The notes under the pieces were generated by a model. The model ran no database searches, was not told the DNA's origin, and worked only from the letters and a program-made list of their open reading frames with translations. Of a stretch of 64,000 nt of DNA, positions 19,748 to 28,828 are shown in pieces (position 1 is the first letter of the stretch; every line of letters starts with the position of its first letter). A program made the translations under genes and the position numbers. Source of the DNA: Actinomycetota bacterium (GTDB lineage Bacteria; Actinomycetota; UBA4738; JBBDHU01); the NCBI GenBank assembly GCA_040880465.1, contig JBBDIK010000011.1, positions 177,229 through 241,228 of the forward strand. Reading direction: 5' to 3'.

Positions 19748-20530
19748 CTACCCCTGCCCTCCGGGCCGGAGGGCGACGGCCATCGCCGGGTCGTCGGTCG
19801 CGACGGCATCGACGCCCCACGAGAAGAGCGTCCGGACGGCGTTCTCCTCATCGACCACCCACGTTCCGACACGTACGCCGGCCTCGTGGGCCGACCCGAC
19901 GAACGCCGGTCCCTCGGCGACCAGGTCGGACACATGAGGGAGGACGAACGCGTGTCCGCCTTCGCCGGCTCGCTCCAGGGCAAGGCCGGGATCGGCAACC
20001 CCGGAGACGGAGAGCAGACCGGTCGGCATCCCCGGGGCCAGGACACGCGCCCGGTCCACCGAGGCCCAGTTGAACGAGGCCAACAGCACCGGACCCGAGA
20101 AACCGGCATCGTCGAGTTCGCGGATGACCGCTTCCACCTGGCCGTGGTCGGGATCGAACCCGGGCTGCTGGGGCCAGTTCTTGATCTCGATGACCGCGGC
20201 CGCGCGGCCAGACAGAGCCGCCAGCACCTCGGACAGGGAGGGCACTTCCGCGGGCCCGTGCAGGCCTCGGGAGACATCCAGCGCGCGGACCTGCTGGAAC
20301 GTCATCTCGGCCACCAACCCCTCCCCTTCGGAGACTCGGGAAACGTCGGGGTCGTGGATGACCACGGGCACTCCATCGGCGGTCAGCCGGACGTCCAATT
20401 CGACGGCCTGGGCCCCCGCCGCAACCGCCGCCTCCAGGGCACTCAGGGTGTTCTCGGCGTGGGTGGAGGACGCCCCGCGATGGGCCACCACGATGGGGAA
20501 AAACTCGGTGGAAAACGCCCGCTCAACCAT
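19748..20530 (-). CDS. Glycerophosphodiester phosphodiesterase
   Basis: VAHRGAS...ENTL, VELDV.LTADG.PVVIHD, IEIK, GVDAVATD. Confidence 0.9.
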   Translation of the reverse strand: MVERAFSTEFFPIVVAHRGASSTHAENTLSALEAAVAAGAQAVELDVRLTADGVPVVIHDPDVSRVSEGEGLVAEMTFQQVRALDVSRGLHGPAEVPSLSEVLAALSGRAAAVIEIKNWPQQPGFDPDHGQVEAVIRELDDAGFSGPVLLASFNWASVDRARVLAPGMPTGLLSVSGVADPGLALERAGEGGHAFVLPHVSDLVAEGPAFVGSAHEAGVRVGTWVVDEENAVRTLFSWGVDAVATDDPAMAVALRPGGQG

Positions 20531-20559
20531 TGACTCGACGCCGCGACCCCGCGTATCGT
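20530..20559 (+). promoter_or_regulatory. Putative housekeeping-sigma promoter of whiB1
   Basis: TTGACT-18bp-TATCGT upstream of whiB1. Confidence 0.5.
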
Positions 20560-20627
20560 CGGCCCACCACGAGGAGCGGGATGGCGGCCCCCACGCGTGA
20601 TTCCGGGGGCCCGCCGGGGGGCAACAC

Positions 20628-20888
20628 ATGGACTGGGTCAATAAGGCGAAGTGCCGCGAGGAGGACCCTGAGCTGTTCTTCCCGATCGGAAGCACCGGCC
20701 CCGCCGCCATCCAGGTCGAAGCCGCGAAGTCGGTGTGCATGGTCTGTGACGTCCGTGCCGCCTGCCTGGAATGGGCTCTGACCACTGGCCAGGACGCGGG
20801 GGTCTGGGGGGGTCTCTCCGAAGACGAGCGACGGGCCCTCCGCCGTGCCCGCCGCCGAGAGGCCCGTATGGCCGCGATGGCCGGCTAG
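20628..20888 (+). CDS. whiB1: WhiB family Fe-S transcription factor (WhiB1-like)
   Basis: MDW..AKCREEDPELFFPIG.TGPA..Q..AK.VC..C.V...CL.WAL..GQDAGVWGGLSEDERRAL. Confidence 0.93.
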   Translation: MDWVNKAKCREEDPELFFPIGSTGPAAIQVEAAKSVCMVCDVRAACLEWALTTGQDAGVWGGLSEDERRALRRARRREARMAAMAG

Positions 20889-20908
20889 AACATCGCCCAG
20901 CAGGTCGC

Positions 20909-21562
20909 TCACGGCACCTCGCTCGCCGGACAGAGCCCGCTCACGACGCAATCCTCACAGGCCGGCTTCCTCGCCTTGCAGATAGACCTCCCGTGCTCGA
21001 TGAGGACGTACGTGAAGTCGAACCATCGCTGTCTCGGGATCAGGTCCATCAGGTCCTGCTCGATCTTGACCGGGTTCTTGCTGGCCGAGAAACCCAGGCG
21101 CTGGGCGAGCCGCCCGACATGGGTGTCCACCGCGATCCCGTCAACGACCCCGAAGGAGTTCCCCAGGACCACGTTCGCCGTCTTGCGGGCGACGCCGGGC
21201 AGGGCAACCAGGTCCTCCATCGTCCCGGGGACCTCCCCATCGAACTCCTCCACGAGTCGGGCGCAGGCCCCTCGGATCGAGCGGGTCTTCTGGTTGAAGA
21301 AGCCGGTCGAACGGATGTCTTCGGCGAGTTCGGCCTCGGGGACCCGCAGATAGTCCCGCGGCGTCCGGTACTTCACGAACAGGGTTCGGGTCACCTCGTT
21401 GACCCGCTCGTCCGTGCACTGGGCGGAGAGGATGGTCGCGACGAGCATCTCGAGAGCGTCCGAGGCGCGGAGGGCCACCCGAGCATCGGGATAGGCCTTG
21501 GTCAGTCGCTTGATGATCCCCGGTGCGCGCTGGCGAGCAGGGCTCTTCCTGGTGGGCGGCAT
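20909..21562 (-). CDS. nth: Endonuclease III
   Basis: LVATILSAQCTD, HhH LPGVARKTANVV, VDTHV, C-x6-C-x2-C-x5-C. Confidence 0.95.
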   Translation of the reverse strand: MPPTRKSPARQRAPGIIKRLTKAYPDARVALRASDALEMLVATILSAQCTDERVNEVTRTLFVKYRTPRDYLRVPEAELAEDIRSTGFFNQKTRSIRGACARLVEEFDGEVPGTMEDLVALPGVARKTANVVLGNSFGVVDGIAVDTHVGRLAQRLGFSASKNPVKIEQDLMDLIPRQRWFDFTYVLIEHGRSICKARKPACEDCVVSGLCPASEVP

Positions 21563-21629
21563 CCCGGGAGTATGCACGGCGGAGGCCAGGACCGGCATCG
21601 GCTCAGGCGCGGATCGCGTACGGCGCAGG

Positions 21630-21662
21630 AAAAGGCGGAGGGGGCCTCTCGGCCCCCTCCGC
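21630..21662 (-). terminator. Intrinsic terminator
   Basis: Minus strand GCGGAGGGGGCC-GAGA-GGCCCCCTCCGC followed by CTTTT. Confidence 0.75.
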
Positions 21663-21848
21663 TGGAACTTTCCCCGAGCCCCCATCCGGACGGTCTTTTC
21701 GCCGGCGGGGCTTCGAGGTGGAGCTAGGGTGCTTCCATGCCCCTAGTATCGGCCACTTGCCCGATTTCCTGAAGGCCTGGGGCGGACTATTTCCGAGATG
21801 ATCCGGGATAACTAGTCAGGCATGCGCCACGCGTGCATGGATCCGACG

Positions 21849-22034
21849 CTAGGGGGCCGGTCGGAGACGCTTCCCGCGGTGGGTCGGGAACCGGACCTCA
21901 TCGTGCTGCCAGCACCGCTCCCGCTCGTTGTAGATGGAGAGCGCGGTGGCACATCCGGGCTCGTTGCAGGTCCGCCCTCCGTCAGACGGGCTGGACGAAG
22001 GTGGGAGCTTCCCGGGCCTCGTTCCTCTCATCAT
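21849..22034 (-). CDS. Small putative zinc-binding protein
   Basis: MMRGTRP...RTCNEPGCATALSIYNERERCWQH..; C-x4-C...C-x2-H; GGGAGG RBS; C-terminal part of ORF 21849..22559. Confidence 0.6.
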   Translation of the reverse strand: MMRGTRPGKLPPSSSPSDGGRTCNEPGCATALSIYNERERCWQHDEVRFPTHRGKRLRPAP

Positions 22035-22096
22035 CACGCGATCCTCCCTCCCCCCACGTTCGGCGCCGGAGGGAAGGAGGTTCGGCTGGGACGCCG

Positions 22097-22702
22097 CTAG
22101 CCCCTGAGCCGGGTCGCCTTGATGTGGATGACCCCCGCCCCGATGGGCCCGAGCCTGCGGAACGCTTTCTTGGACAGGTCCAAGATCCGGCTCCCTCCCG
22201 TGAAGGGGCCCCGGTCGAGGATCGTCACGAAGACGTACCTGCCTCCCGAACGGACCGAAACCGTGGTTCCGCATGGCAGGGTTCTGCTCGCGGCGTAGAA
22301 GCCCTTCAAGCGCTTCCCGCAGGCTCCGTGCCTGTCCGAATACCAGCTCGCCGTTCCCGCCTGCGTCGAGATGGCGTCGTGGAAGTGCAGATCCAGGTGC
22401 CGCTCCTCGAGTTGCTTCCTGAAGTCGCGCTCGGCCGACGCCCGGACTCCCTCGTCGCTTCCTCGCTCCTGGTCCTTCACCCAGCGCTTGTAGGCACGCC
22501 GCAGGCTCGCGTGCGCTTTCCAGGAGTGCCCCCACACGTCGGGGTCGTATTGCCACCACTTGCGCTCATGGGGATGCAAGATCGCCGGATCCTCAGTCGT
22601 CGTCGGGTTCGCTGGCGTCGAGACCGCCGGCGTCGAGGCCGCCGGAACGAGCAGGGCCGCGAGGAGCGCTCCGAGGATCGTTACGCGTCCGAGATATCGC
22701 AT
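22097..22702 (-). CDS. RlpA-like double-psi beta-barrel (septal lytic transglycosylase family) secreted protein
   Basis: Signal peptide; GTASWY, AASRTLPCGT.V, V.ILDRGPF..RILDLSKKAF. Confidence 0.85.
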   Translation of the reverse strand: MRYLGRVTILGALLAALLVPAASTPAVSTPANPTTTEDPAILHPHERKWWQYDPDVWGHSWKAHASLRRAYKRWVKDQERGSDEGVRASAERDFRKQLEERHLDLHFHDAISTQAGTASWYSDRHGACGKRLKGFYAASRTLPCGTTVSVRSGGRYVFVTILDRGPFTGGSRILDLSKKAFRRLGPIGAGVIHIKATRLRG

Positions 22703-22911
22703 GTCGATTCCACCTCTTCCTGTCGTCGGGATCACCGCACTCGGGACGAGGTCTACCCTCGGGCGCGCGCCATCGAGCGCGCGGGAGCCCGCGAGGGTGT
22801 GCTGGGATCATCCGGACGAACGTCCGAGTGGGTCTATGGACCCTACCCGGCGGATCGCCGGAATGACAACCGTGTGATTCCCGGCCGCCCGGTGGGCAGG
22901 TCGGCGGGCCT

Positions 22912-23178
22912 CTAGGCGCCCGGCGGCGGGGCGGCGTTCCCGGGCTCGTCCAACACCGCGAAGACCCGAGACATCAAGCCCTCGGGGACGTCCTCGCAGC
23001 GGCACTTCTTGGAGATCAGCACCTTCAGGCTGCGGCGGAACTCAGCCCGATCCGTGCACGGACCGCACAGCTCGAGGTGCTCTTGGATCTCGACGCAGCG
23101 AACCTCCTCGAGCTCGTGGTCGAGGTAGAGCTCGATCTGCGCGAGGATCTCCTGACAGTCAGTCTCGGACAAGGCCAC
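22912..23178 (-). CDS. rshA: Zinc-binding anti-sigma factor (RshA/RsrA type)
   Basis: [18 protein letters not shown] (HxxxCxxC); downstream of sigH. Confidence 0.88.
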   Translation of the reverse strand: MALSETDCQEILAQIELYLDHELEEVRCVEIQEHLELCGPCTDRAEFRRSLKVLISKKCRCEDVPEGLMSRVFAVLDEPGNAAPPPGA

Positions 23179-23746
23179 GCTCCCGCACCGTTTCCCATAA
23201 CGCTTTCTCGAGGGCTCTTCTTCCGCGATGGAGCCGGGACATCACGGTGCCGATGGGGATGTCCAGGATCTCGGCGATCTCCTTGTAGGAGAACCCATCG
23301 ACGTCGGCCAGCCAGACGGCCATCCGGAACTGCTCCGGGAGGGAGTCCAGCGCTGCCTGCACATCCTCGTCGGGCACCTTCTCGAGCGCCGAGGCCTCTG
23401 CGGAGGGCTCAGCGCCGTCGGCGCCGCCCATCCGGTCGTAGAGGAACCACTCGTCGGCGTCGTCTCCAGAGATCGTCTGAGGTTCTCGCTGCTTCTTGCG
23501 ATACGAGTTGATGAACGTGTTCGTCAGGATCCGGTACATCCAGGCCTTCAGGTTCGTCCCCTCTTGGAAACCGCCGAAGCCGCGGTACGCACGCAGGTAG
23601 GTCTCCTGTACGAGGTCCTCGGCGTCCGCCGGGTTCCGTGTCAGCCGGAGGGCGGCGGCGTATAGGCTCGGCATGAGCGGCGGCGCGTCCCGCTCGAACC
23701 GCGCCCGCAGCTCATCCACGTCCCCGATCGACCTCGCTGTCGCCAC
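23159..23746 (-). CDS. sigH: ECF sigma factor SigH/SigR
   Basis: [57 protein letters not shown]. Confidence 0.92.
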   Translation of the reverse strand: MATARSIGDVDELRARFERDAPPLMPSLYAAALRLTRNPADAEDLVQETYLRAYRGFGGFQEGTNLKAWMYRILTNTFINSYRKKQREPQTISGDDADEWFLYDRMGGADGAEPSAEASALEKVPDEDVQAALDSLPEQFRMAVWLADVDGFSYKEIAEILDIPIGTVMSRLHRGRRALEKALWETVRERGLVRD

Positions 23747-23804
23747 GGCGGCCAGTATCCCACCCACATGTCACACGGGGCCCAAGGTGGCAAGATTGGG
23801 GGCC

Positions 23805-25832
23805 ATGCCCGACGACAACCAGAAGAAGGGCCGCTTCCCCGGTTTCGATCTGGGCGGCGGGGACGGTGAAAACGGCCCTCGCCGCCGGACGCCCCTCATC
23901 GTGGTCGTCGGCGGCGGGCTCCTCGCGATCTTCCTCCTGTTCTCGATGATGCAGGTCACCCAGGGCGCGAAGATGCCGTACTCGGAGTTCCTCGATCGGG
24001 TAGACCAGGGCCAGGTGACAGAGGTCACGATCGCGGACACCACCGTGCAGGGCACGTACCAGCAGGACGGCCAGGATCTGCCCTTCCGCTCGGATCTGCC
24101 ACCCAACCTGGACTCGTCGAGCCTCACCGAGCTGTTGACCGAGCAAGGGGTCGAGTTCACGGGCGCGCAGCCCAACGCGATCGTCTCCCTCGTGCTGTCG
24201 TTCCTCCCCCTGATCCTGGTGTTCGGCATCCTGTACTACTTCATGTTCCGGCGGATGGGTGGCGGCGCGGGCGGGGGGCTGCCGCTCGGGGGCCGCAGCA
24301 AGGTCAAGGTCGTCGATCGCAAGGAGATGAAGACGACGTTCGGCGACGTGGCGGGGCTCGATGAGGCCGTCGACGAACTGCATGAGATCGTCGACTTCCT
24401 GATGAACCCGAAGAAGTACCAGCGTCTCGGCGGCCGGATCCCGAAGGGAGTCTTGCTCCTCGGCCCACCGGGCTGCGGCAAGACCCTCCTGGCCCGAGCC
24501 GTGGCCGGCGAGGCGAACGTGCCCTTCTTCTTCATGTCGGGTTCGGAGTTCGTCGAGATGTTCGTCGGCCTCGGCGCCGCCCGGGTCCGCGAGCTCTTCC
24601 AGCAAGCCAAGGAGAAGGCACCGGCGTTGGTGTTCCTGGATGAGATCGACACCATCGGCAAGGGCCGCGCCGGCGCGATGGGCTCGAGCTTCGGGGGCCA
24701 CGACGAGCGCGAGCAGACCCTGAACCAGCTGCTCGTGGAGATGGACGGATTCGATGCCTCGAAGGGTGTGATCATCATGGCGGCCACGAACCGGCCCGAC
24801 GTGCTGGACCCCGCCCTCGTCCGCCCCGGGCGGTTCGACCGGCAGGTCGTCGTCGACCGGCCGGACCTCCGCGGCCGAGAGCGGATCCTGCAGGTCCACG
24901 CGCGTGGCGTGGCGATCGACCCGTCGGTCGATCTGAAGGTCCTGGCCACGCGAACGGCGGGGTTCACCGGCGCGGACCTGGCCAACGTGGTCAACGAGGC
25001 CGCGCTCCTGGCCGCCCGGCGCGAGAAGAACTCCGTCCCGATGGTGGAACTGGAAGAGGCGATCGACCGCGTCGTCGCCGGCCTCGAGCGCAAGAGCCGC
25101 GTGATGTCAGACAAGGAACGCGAGATCGTGGCTAAACACGAGATGGGCCACGCCCTGGTCGCGCTCTCGGTCGAGAACGCCGACCCGGTCCACCGCGTAT
25201 CGATCATCCCGCGCGGCGCTGCGGCACTCGGGATGACCATGCAGCGCCCCCTCGAGGACCGCTACCTCATGACCGAACCCGAGCTGCGCGACCGACTCGC
25301 GATCCTGCTCGGCGGCCGGACCGCCGAGGAGATCTGCTTCGGTGAGATCTCGACCGGCGCCCAGAACGACCTGGAGAAGGCGACCGAGATCGCCAGGGCG
25401 ATGGTCGTCGAGTACGGGATGAGCCCGAAGGTCGGGCCGCTCTCGTTCGGCACCGACGGGTTCCGCAGCCCCGAGGGCCGGGCCCTGTTCCCCGGTCAGG
25501 GGAAGGAGATGTCCGAGGCGACGGCCGAGGTCGTCGACCAAGAGGTCGCACGGCTGGTGAACGATGCCCACGAGCGGGCCCGGAGCGCCCTCCTGCAGCG
25601 CCGCGACCTGATGGAGCGGCTGTCGGAACTCCTGATGGTCAATGAAGTCATCGAGGGACGCGAACTCGTCGAATACGTCCAGGGCGTCCGGCCGGTTCCG
25701 ACCCGCGAGGAAGCCATCGCCGCCATCAAGGACAACGGGAAGCCACCGCTCGCACCCGACCTTGCTCCCGCAACGGACGTCCCGCGCCCGCCCGCACCGC
25801 CGCTCCCGGCGAAACGCAAGCTCCAGAACTAG
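23805..25832 (+). CDS. ftsH: ATP-dependent zinc metalloprotease FtsH
   Basis: Two N-terminal TMs, [39 protein letters not shown]. Confidence 0.95.
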   Translation: MPDDNQKKGRFPGFDLGGGDGENGPRRRTPLIVVVGGGLLAIFLLFSMMQVTQGAKMPYSEFLDRVDQGQVTEVTIADTTVQGTYQQDGQDLPFRSDLPPNLDSSSLTELLTEQGVEFTGAQPNAIVSLVLSFLPLILVFGILYYFMFRRMGGGAGGGLPLGGRSKVKVVDRKEMKTTFGDVAGLDEAVDELHEIVDFLMNPKKYQRLGGRIPKGVLLLGPPGCGKTLLARAVAGEANVPFFFMSGSEFVEMFVGLGAARVRELFQQAKEKAPALVFLDEIDTIGKGRAGAMGSSFGGHDEREQTLNQLLVEMDGFDASKGVIIMAATNRPDVLDPALVRPGRFDRQVVVDRPDLRGRERILQVHARGVAIDPSVDLKVLATRTAGFTGADLANVVNEAALLAARREKNSVPMVELEEAIDRVVAGLERKSRVMSDKEREIVAKHEMGHALVALSVENADPVHRVSIIPRGAAALGMTMQRPLEDRYLMTEPELRDRLAILLGGRTAEEICFGEISTGAQNDLEKATEIARAMVVEYGMSPKVGPLSFGTDGFRSPEGRALFPGQGKEMSEATAEVVDQEVARLVNDAHERARSALLQRRDLMERLSELLMVNEVIEGRELVEYVQGVRPVPTREEAIAAIKDNGKPPLAPDLAPATDVPRPPAPPLPAKRKLQN

Positions 25833-26749
25833 GCGGGCGCCTTCCCTTTCCCCGCCTCCGTCAGATCGGTCCGGCCCCGCCACCGATCCAGGAACCGGTA
25901 GAAGTTGCGCTTGGACAGTGCATCGCGCCGGTCGGCGGGAGTCGCCGCCCACAGCCGATGTTCGTGCCTGGTCACCGGAAGCGGTACGACGCAGGTCCGC
26001 AAGCCTTGGTCCTTCAGTCGGAACGAGAACTCGATGTCCGCGGTCCGATAGAACTTGAACTTCTCGTCGAAGCCCCCCGTCGCCGCGATGGCCTCACGAC
26101 GGAAGGCCATCAGGTACCCCTCGATCGCATCGACGTCCGGGCCGTCCGACGGCCGGAACTCACGAAGGTCATCGGTGACGATCCCGAACGGGCCCACGAG
26201 ACCGACGGAGGGATCCTCCAGCGCGTGCTCGATCGGACCGAGGACGTCGCCGGTCGGTTCGACGGAACCGTCGATCACGACGACCGTCCCGCCGGCCGCC
26301 CGGCGAAGACCGACGTTCCTGGCCAACCCCCATCCGGGATCTTCGTCGAGCATGATCACGTCGACGCCCTCCGGCCAGACGTCCGGGTCCGTATCCGCCG
26401 CATCCACGACGACGTACTGCACCGTGCGCGCGCCCGCTGCCCCGCGGACCGCCTCGATCCCGCGAACGGCGTCCTCGGGCCATCCCTGCACGACCCATTG
26501 CACCGACACGTCGAACGTCGCGTCCTCGACCGGCAGTGGCGCCACGTCCGCGGGACGGACCCGCCGGGCCGCCGGTTCAGTCTCGGAGGCAAGCCGTTGC
26601 ATCACAGGGCCCTCCGGCCCGTCGACGACGTCGAACCCGAGTTCGCGGATCCGTTCTCGCAGGGCATCCGCCCGCTCGAACTCCTTGCGCTGCCTGGCTT
26701 CCTGGCGCTCCTGGGCCAGCCGCTCCACCTCATCGGGGACGTCCGTCAT
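25829..26749 (-). CDS. GT2 glycosyltransferase with N-terminal CysRS C-terminal (anticodon-binding)-like domain
   Basis: N-term ERQEARQRKEFERADALRERIRELGFDVVDGPEG; then VVVDAA, GWGLARNVG, GGFDEKF, DIEFSFRLKDQG. Confidence 0.75.
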   Translation of the reverse strand: MTDVPDEVERLAQERQEARQRKEFERADALRERIRELGFDVVDGPEGPVMQRLASETEPAARRVRPADVAPLPVEDATFDVSVQWVVQGWPEDAVRGIEAVRGAAGARTVQYVVVDAADTDPDVWPEGVDVIMLDEDPGWGLARNVGLRRAAGGTVVVIDGSVEPTGDVLGPIEHALEDPSVGLVGPFGIVTDDLREFRPSDGPDVDAIEGYLMAFRREAIAATGGFDEKFKFYRTADIEFSFRLKDQGLRTCVVPLPVTRHEHRLWAATPADRRDALSKRNFYRFLDRWRGRTDLTEAGKGKAPA

Positions 26750-27510
26750 CCCGGGTGCCTCCGGACGAAGTCGAGCACAGCCGCGTCGGCGGCCGCCGGC
26801 TGCTCCCAGTGATAGACATGACCGGCACCCTCGAGGAGCACGAGCTCAGCGCCCGGGATGCGATCGGCCAGTAGCAGCGCGTTCTCGACGCCGATCACCC
26901 GGTCCACGGTCCCATGCAACACCAGCGTCGGCGCAGCGATCGCGCCGAGACGTTCGGAAGCATCGAACGTCTGCATCGCTTCCCACTGCCGTCGGGCGGC
27001 GTGCGGCTGTTGCGGGATCCCCTGCGAGAACAGCGCGCGGACGCCGGCGGGGTCGGTGGCCGCGTAGGACTCGGAGAAGATCGCGAGATCTGCGGCGCCC
27101 TTGGGGACCCGCTCTCGCACCCGAACCACCGAGTCCCCGCCCGCATGGGTGGACGCGGCGATCAACGTCGTGGCCCGCGACGGCGCGACCATGGCCAACT
27201 CAAGGGCGACCATCCCTCCGAACGACTGCCCGTACACATGGGCTCGTTCGAGGCCCAGATGATCGAGGAGTCCGAGGGCATCGTCGACGAACGTCGCCAT
27301 GGTCTGCGGCTCATCCGGAGCATCGGACCGGCCGTTCCCGCGCTGGTCGTAGGCGATGACGAAGCACTCCGCGGACAGGGCGGGGATGTTCCGACTCCAA
27401 CCGGGAAGGTCACCGCCTGCGCCCTCGACCAGCAGAAGGGGGTCGGAGTCCGGCGTTCCGTGGGTCTCGTAGGCCAGTCGGCAACCGTCGGGTCGCACCA
27501 ACTCGGGCAC
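26746..27510 (-). CDS. Alpha/beta fold hydrolase
   Basis: AYDQRGNGRS, GQSFGG nucleophile elbow, HGTVD, GAGH; GTG after GGAGGAG. Confidence 0.88.
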   Translation of the reverse strand: MPELVRPDGCRLAYETHGTPDSDPLLLVEGAGGDLPGWSRNIPALSAECFVIAYDQRGNGRSDAPDEPQTMATFVDDALGLLDHLGLERAHVYGQSFGGMVALELAMVAPSRATTLIAASTHAGGDSVVRVRERVPKGAADLAIFSESYAATDPAGVRALFSQGIPQQPHAARRQWEAMQTFDASERLGAIAAPTLVLHGTVDRVIGVENALLLADRIPGAELVLLEGAGHVYHWEQPAAADAAVLDFVRRHPG

Positions 27511-27534
27511 GGCAGGCTCCTCCTGGATACGGAA

Positions 27535-27558
27535 GGGGCGGGCGTCGCCGCCCGCCCC
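27535..27558 (-). terminator. GC-rich hairpin downstream of the displaced tRNA 3' end (original tRNA terminator)
   Basis: GGGGCGGGCG-GCGA-CGCCCGCCCC then TT on the minus strand. Confidence 0.6.
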
Positions 27559-27565
27559 CCTCATC

Positions 27566-27614
27566 GTCGCGGGGGTAGGATTTGAACCTACGACCTCTGG
27601 GTTATGAGCCCAGC
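27566..27614 (-). repeat. att site: 49-bp duplicate of the tRNA-fMet 3' portion
   Basis: GTCGCGGGGGTAGGATTTGAACCTACGACCTCTGGGTTATGAGCCCAGC identical to 38188-38236; lacks the tRNA 5' part. Confidence 0.95.
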
Positions 27615-27722
27615 AACCTATCAGGCAGGCAAGGGCATCAGGCGGCGTCCAGGGCCCTGACCTGCGGCTTCTCTCCAACCAAGTGTCCCAGGTTCCCTCA
27701 AGAGTCGTCGGCTCGCCCCCGG

Positions 27723-27744
27723 CGCGGGAGAAAGTTGGGAGAAA
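27723..27744. repeat. Putative integrase arm-type sites (left end)
   Basis: CGCGGGAGAAAGTTGGGAGAAA; near-identical copy at 38091-38112. Confidence 0.65.
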
Positions 27745-27814
27745 CTTGGAGAGAGAGCGAGAATGATCCGCAAGGGGTAATGCCTGATGATCGACCACAG
27801 TTGTGAGGCCGCCC

Positions 27815-28180
27815 TCAGGAAATGAGGGAGGCGTAGATCACGAAGAATGCCAGTACGTCCAGCAACCCAATCACGACGCCGGCGGTCGCAGTGCCTTTAC
27901 CGCCCTGCTGGCCGCCGGATGCTGCAATCTGTGACTGGGCGACAATCCCCAAGATGATTGCGATAGGTCCGAGGACGATCCCGAAAACTAGGAGGCCGAC
28001 GATCGCGCAGGCGAGCGACGCGGTAGCCAGTCCGTTCGAGGTTGGTGCTGCTACCGGGGGTGGCGGAGGTGGCGCTACCACGCCAGGCGGGGCGGGGTCG
28101 GTGGCGAGGCTGCTGCCACAGTGCTTGCACTTGATCGCCTCATCCTGGACCTCTTCGGCACAGTACGGGCATTTCTTCAA
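27815..28180 (-). CDS. Zinc-ribbon + DUF4190 membrane protein
   Basis: [21 protein letters not shown], Pro linker, [10 protein letters not shown]...[24 protein letters not shown]; TTG start. Confidence 0.8.
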   Translation of the reverse strand: MKKCPYCAEEVQDEAIKCKHCGSSLATDPAPPGVVAPPPPPPVAAPTSNGLATASLACAIVGLLVFGIVLGPIAIILGIVAQSQIAASGGQQGGKGTATAGVVIGLLDVLAFFVIYASLIS

Positions 28181-28189
28181 GAGCTCGTC

Positions 28190-28747
28190 CTACCATCCAT
28201 CGCTGCATTCGGCGGCAGACTGAGCATCGACCGAGCCGTAGGTGGTACCGGCCCCCGTAGCGCTGTCAGCGACGCAGAAGACATCCCCCTTCAGGCTCTG
28301 CGTAACGAGCAGGATCGAGCCAGCTTGAACGTCCCTGATGCTCACGGCGCCCTGGGATGCCGTGCTGGCGGTATCGTAGGTTAGCGACGGCTCGACGGCG
28401 GCCATCTCCTCAGGAGTGACATAAGAATATGAATCCGAGTCCGTGAAGATGGTCTTGGCTGCCACCAGGGCGTTGCGAAGTTCCGATTGAGCCAACCTTG
28501 CGGCCGCTCGGTCACGTGATCCCCGGTTCGCGAACCAAGCGCCTCCGAACACGACAGCGACAACCACGACCACTGCGACGACGGCGATCCACGCCGACTG
28601 GCTCGCGGAGCCCTTCGCCGGTCGCGGGGGTGCTTCCCCAGCGGGCACGGGGGCCGGTGCAGTGGGTTGGCGCAGATCGCTCCCACAGTGCTTGCACTTG
28701 ATCGCATCGTCCTGAATCTCCTCAGCGCAGTACGGGCACCGCTTCAA
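28190..28747 (-). CDS. Zinc-ribbon + TM + type IV pilin-like domain protein
   Basis: [21 protein letters not shown], Val-rich [40 protein letters not shown]; TTG after GGAGG. Confidence 0.75.
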   Translation of the reverse strand: MKRCPYCAEEIQDDAIKCKHCGSDLRQPTAPAPVPAGEAPPRPAKGSASQSAWIAVVAVVVVVAVVFGGAWFANRGSRDRAAARLAQSELRNALVAAKTIFTDSDSYSYVTPEEMAAVEPSLTYDTASTASQGAVSIRDVQAGSILLVTQSLKGDVFCVADSATGAGTTYGSVDAQSAAECSDGW

Positions 28748-28828
28748 CTTCCGCCTCCCTTGCTCTCACCCGTGGCGTGGCGAGCCGCCGGAAGGATCGC
28801 GCTGCGCCTGTGCTGACGGTCGAGGGAA

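Noticed and set aside
6053-20073. Long alternative ORFs (6053..7690, 9000..10379, 10132..11751, 17371..20073)
   Set aside because: Stop-poor antisense frames expected at high GC; the opposite strand encodes recognisable proteins
22703-22911. Possible c-di-AMP (ydaO) riboswitch upstream of the RlpA-like gene
   Set aside because: Context fits but I could not find the conserved GCCGAA/GGGGAACC/GTCAGCTAAC-type segments
27566-27614. Second tRNA-Met gene
   Set aside because: Only the 3' portion is present; it is the att duplication
27815-28747. Zinc-ribbon repeats as a diversity-generating retroelement TR/VR pair or integron cassettes
   Set aside because: No reverse transcriptase, differences are mostly synonymous and not adenine-specific, no attC-like sites
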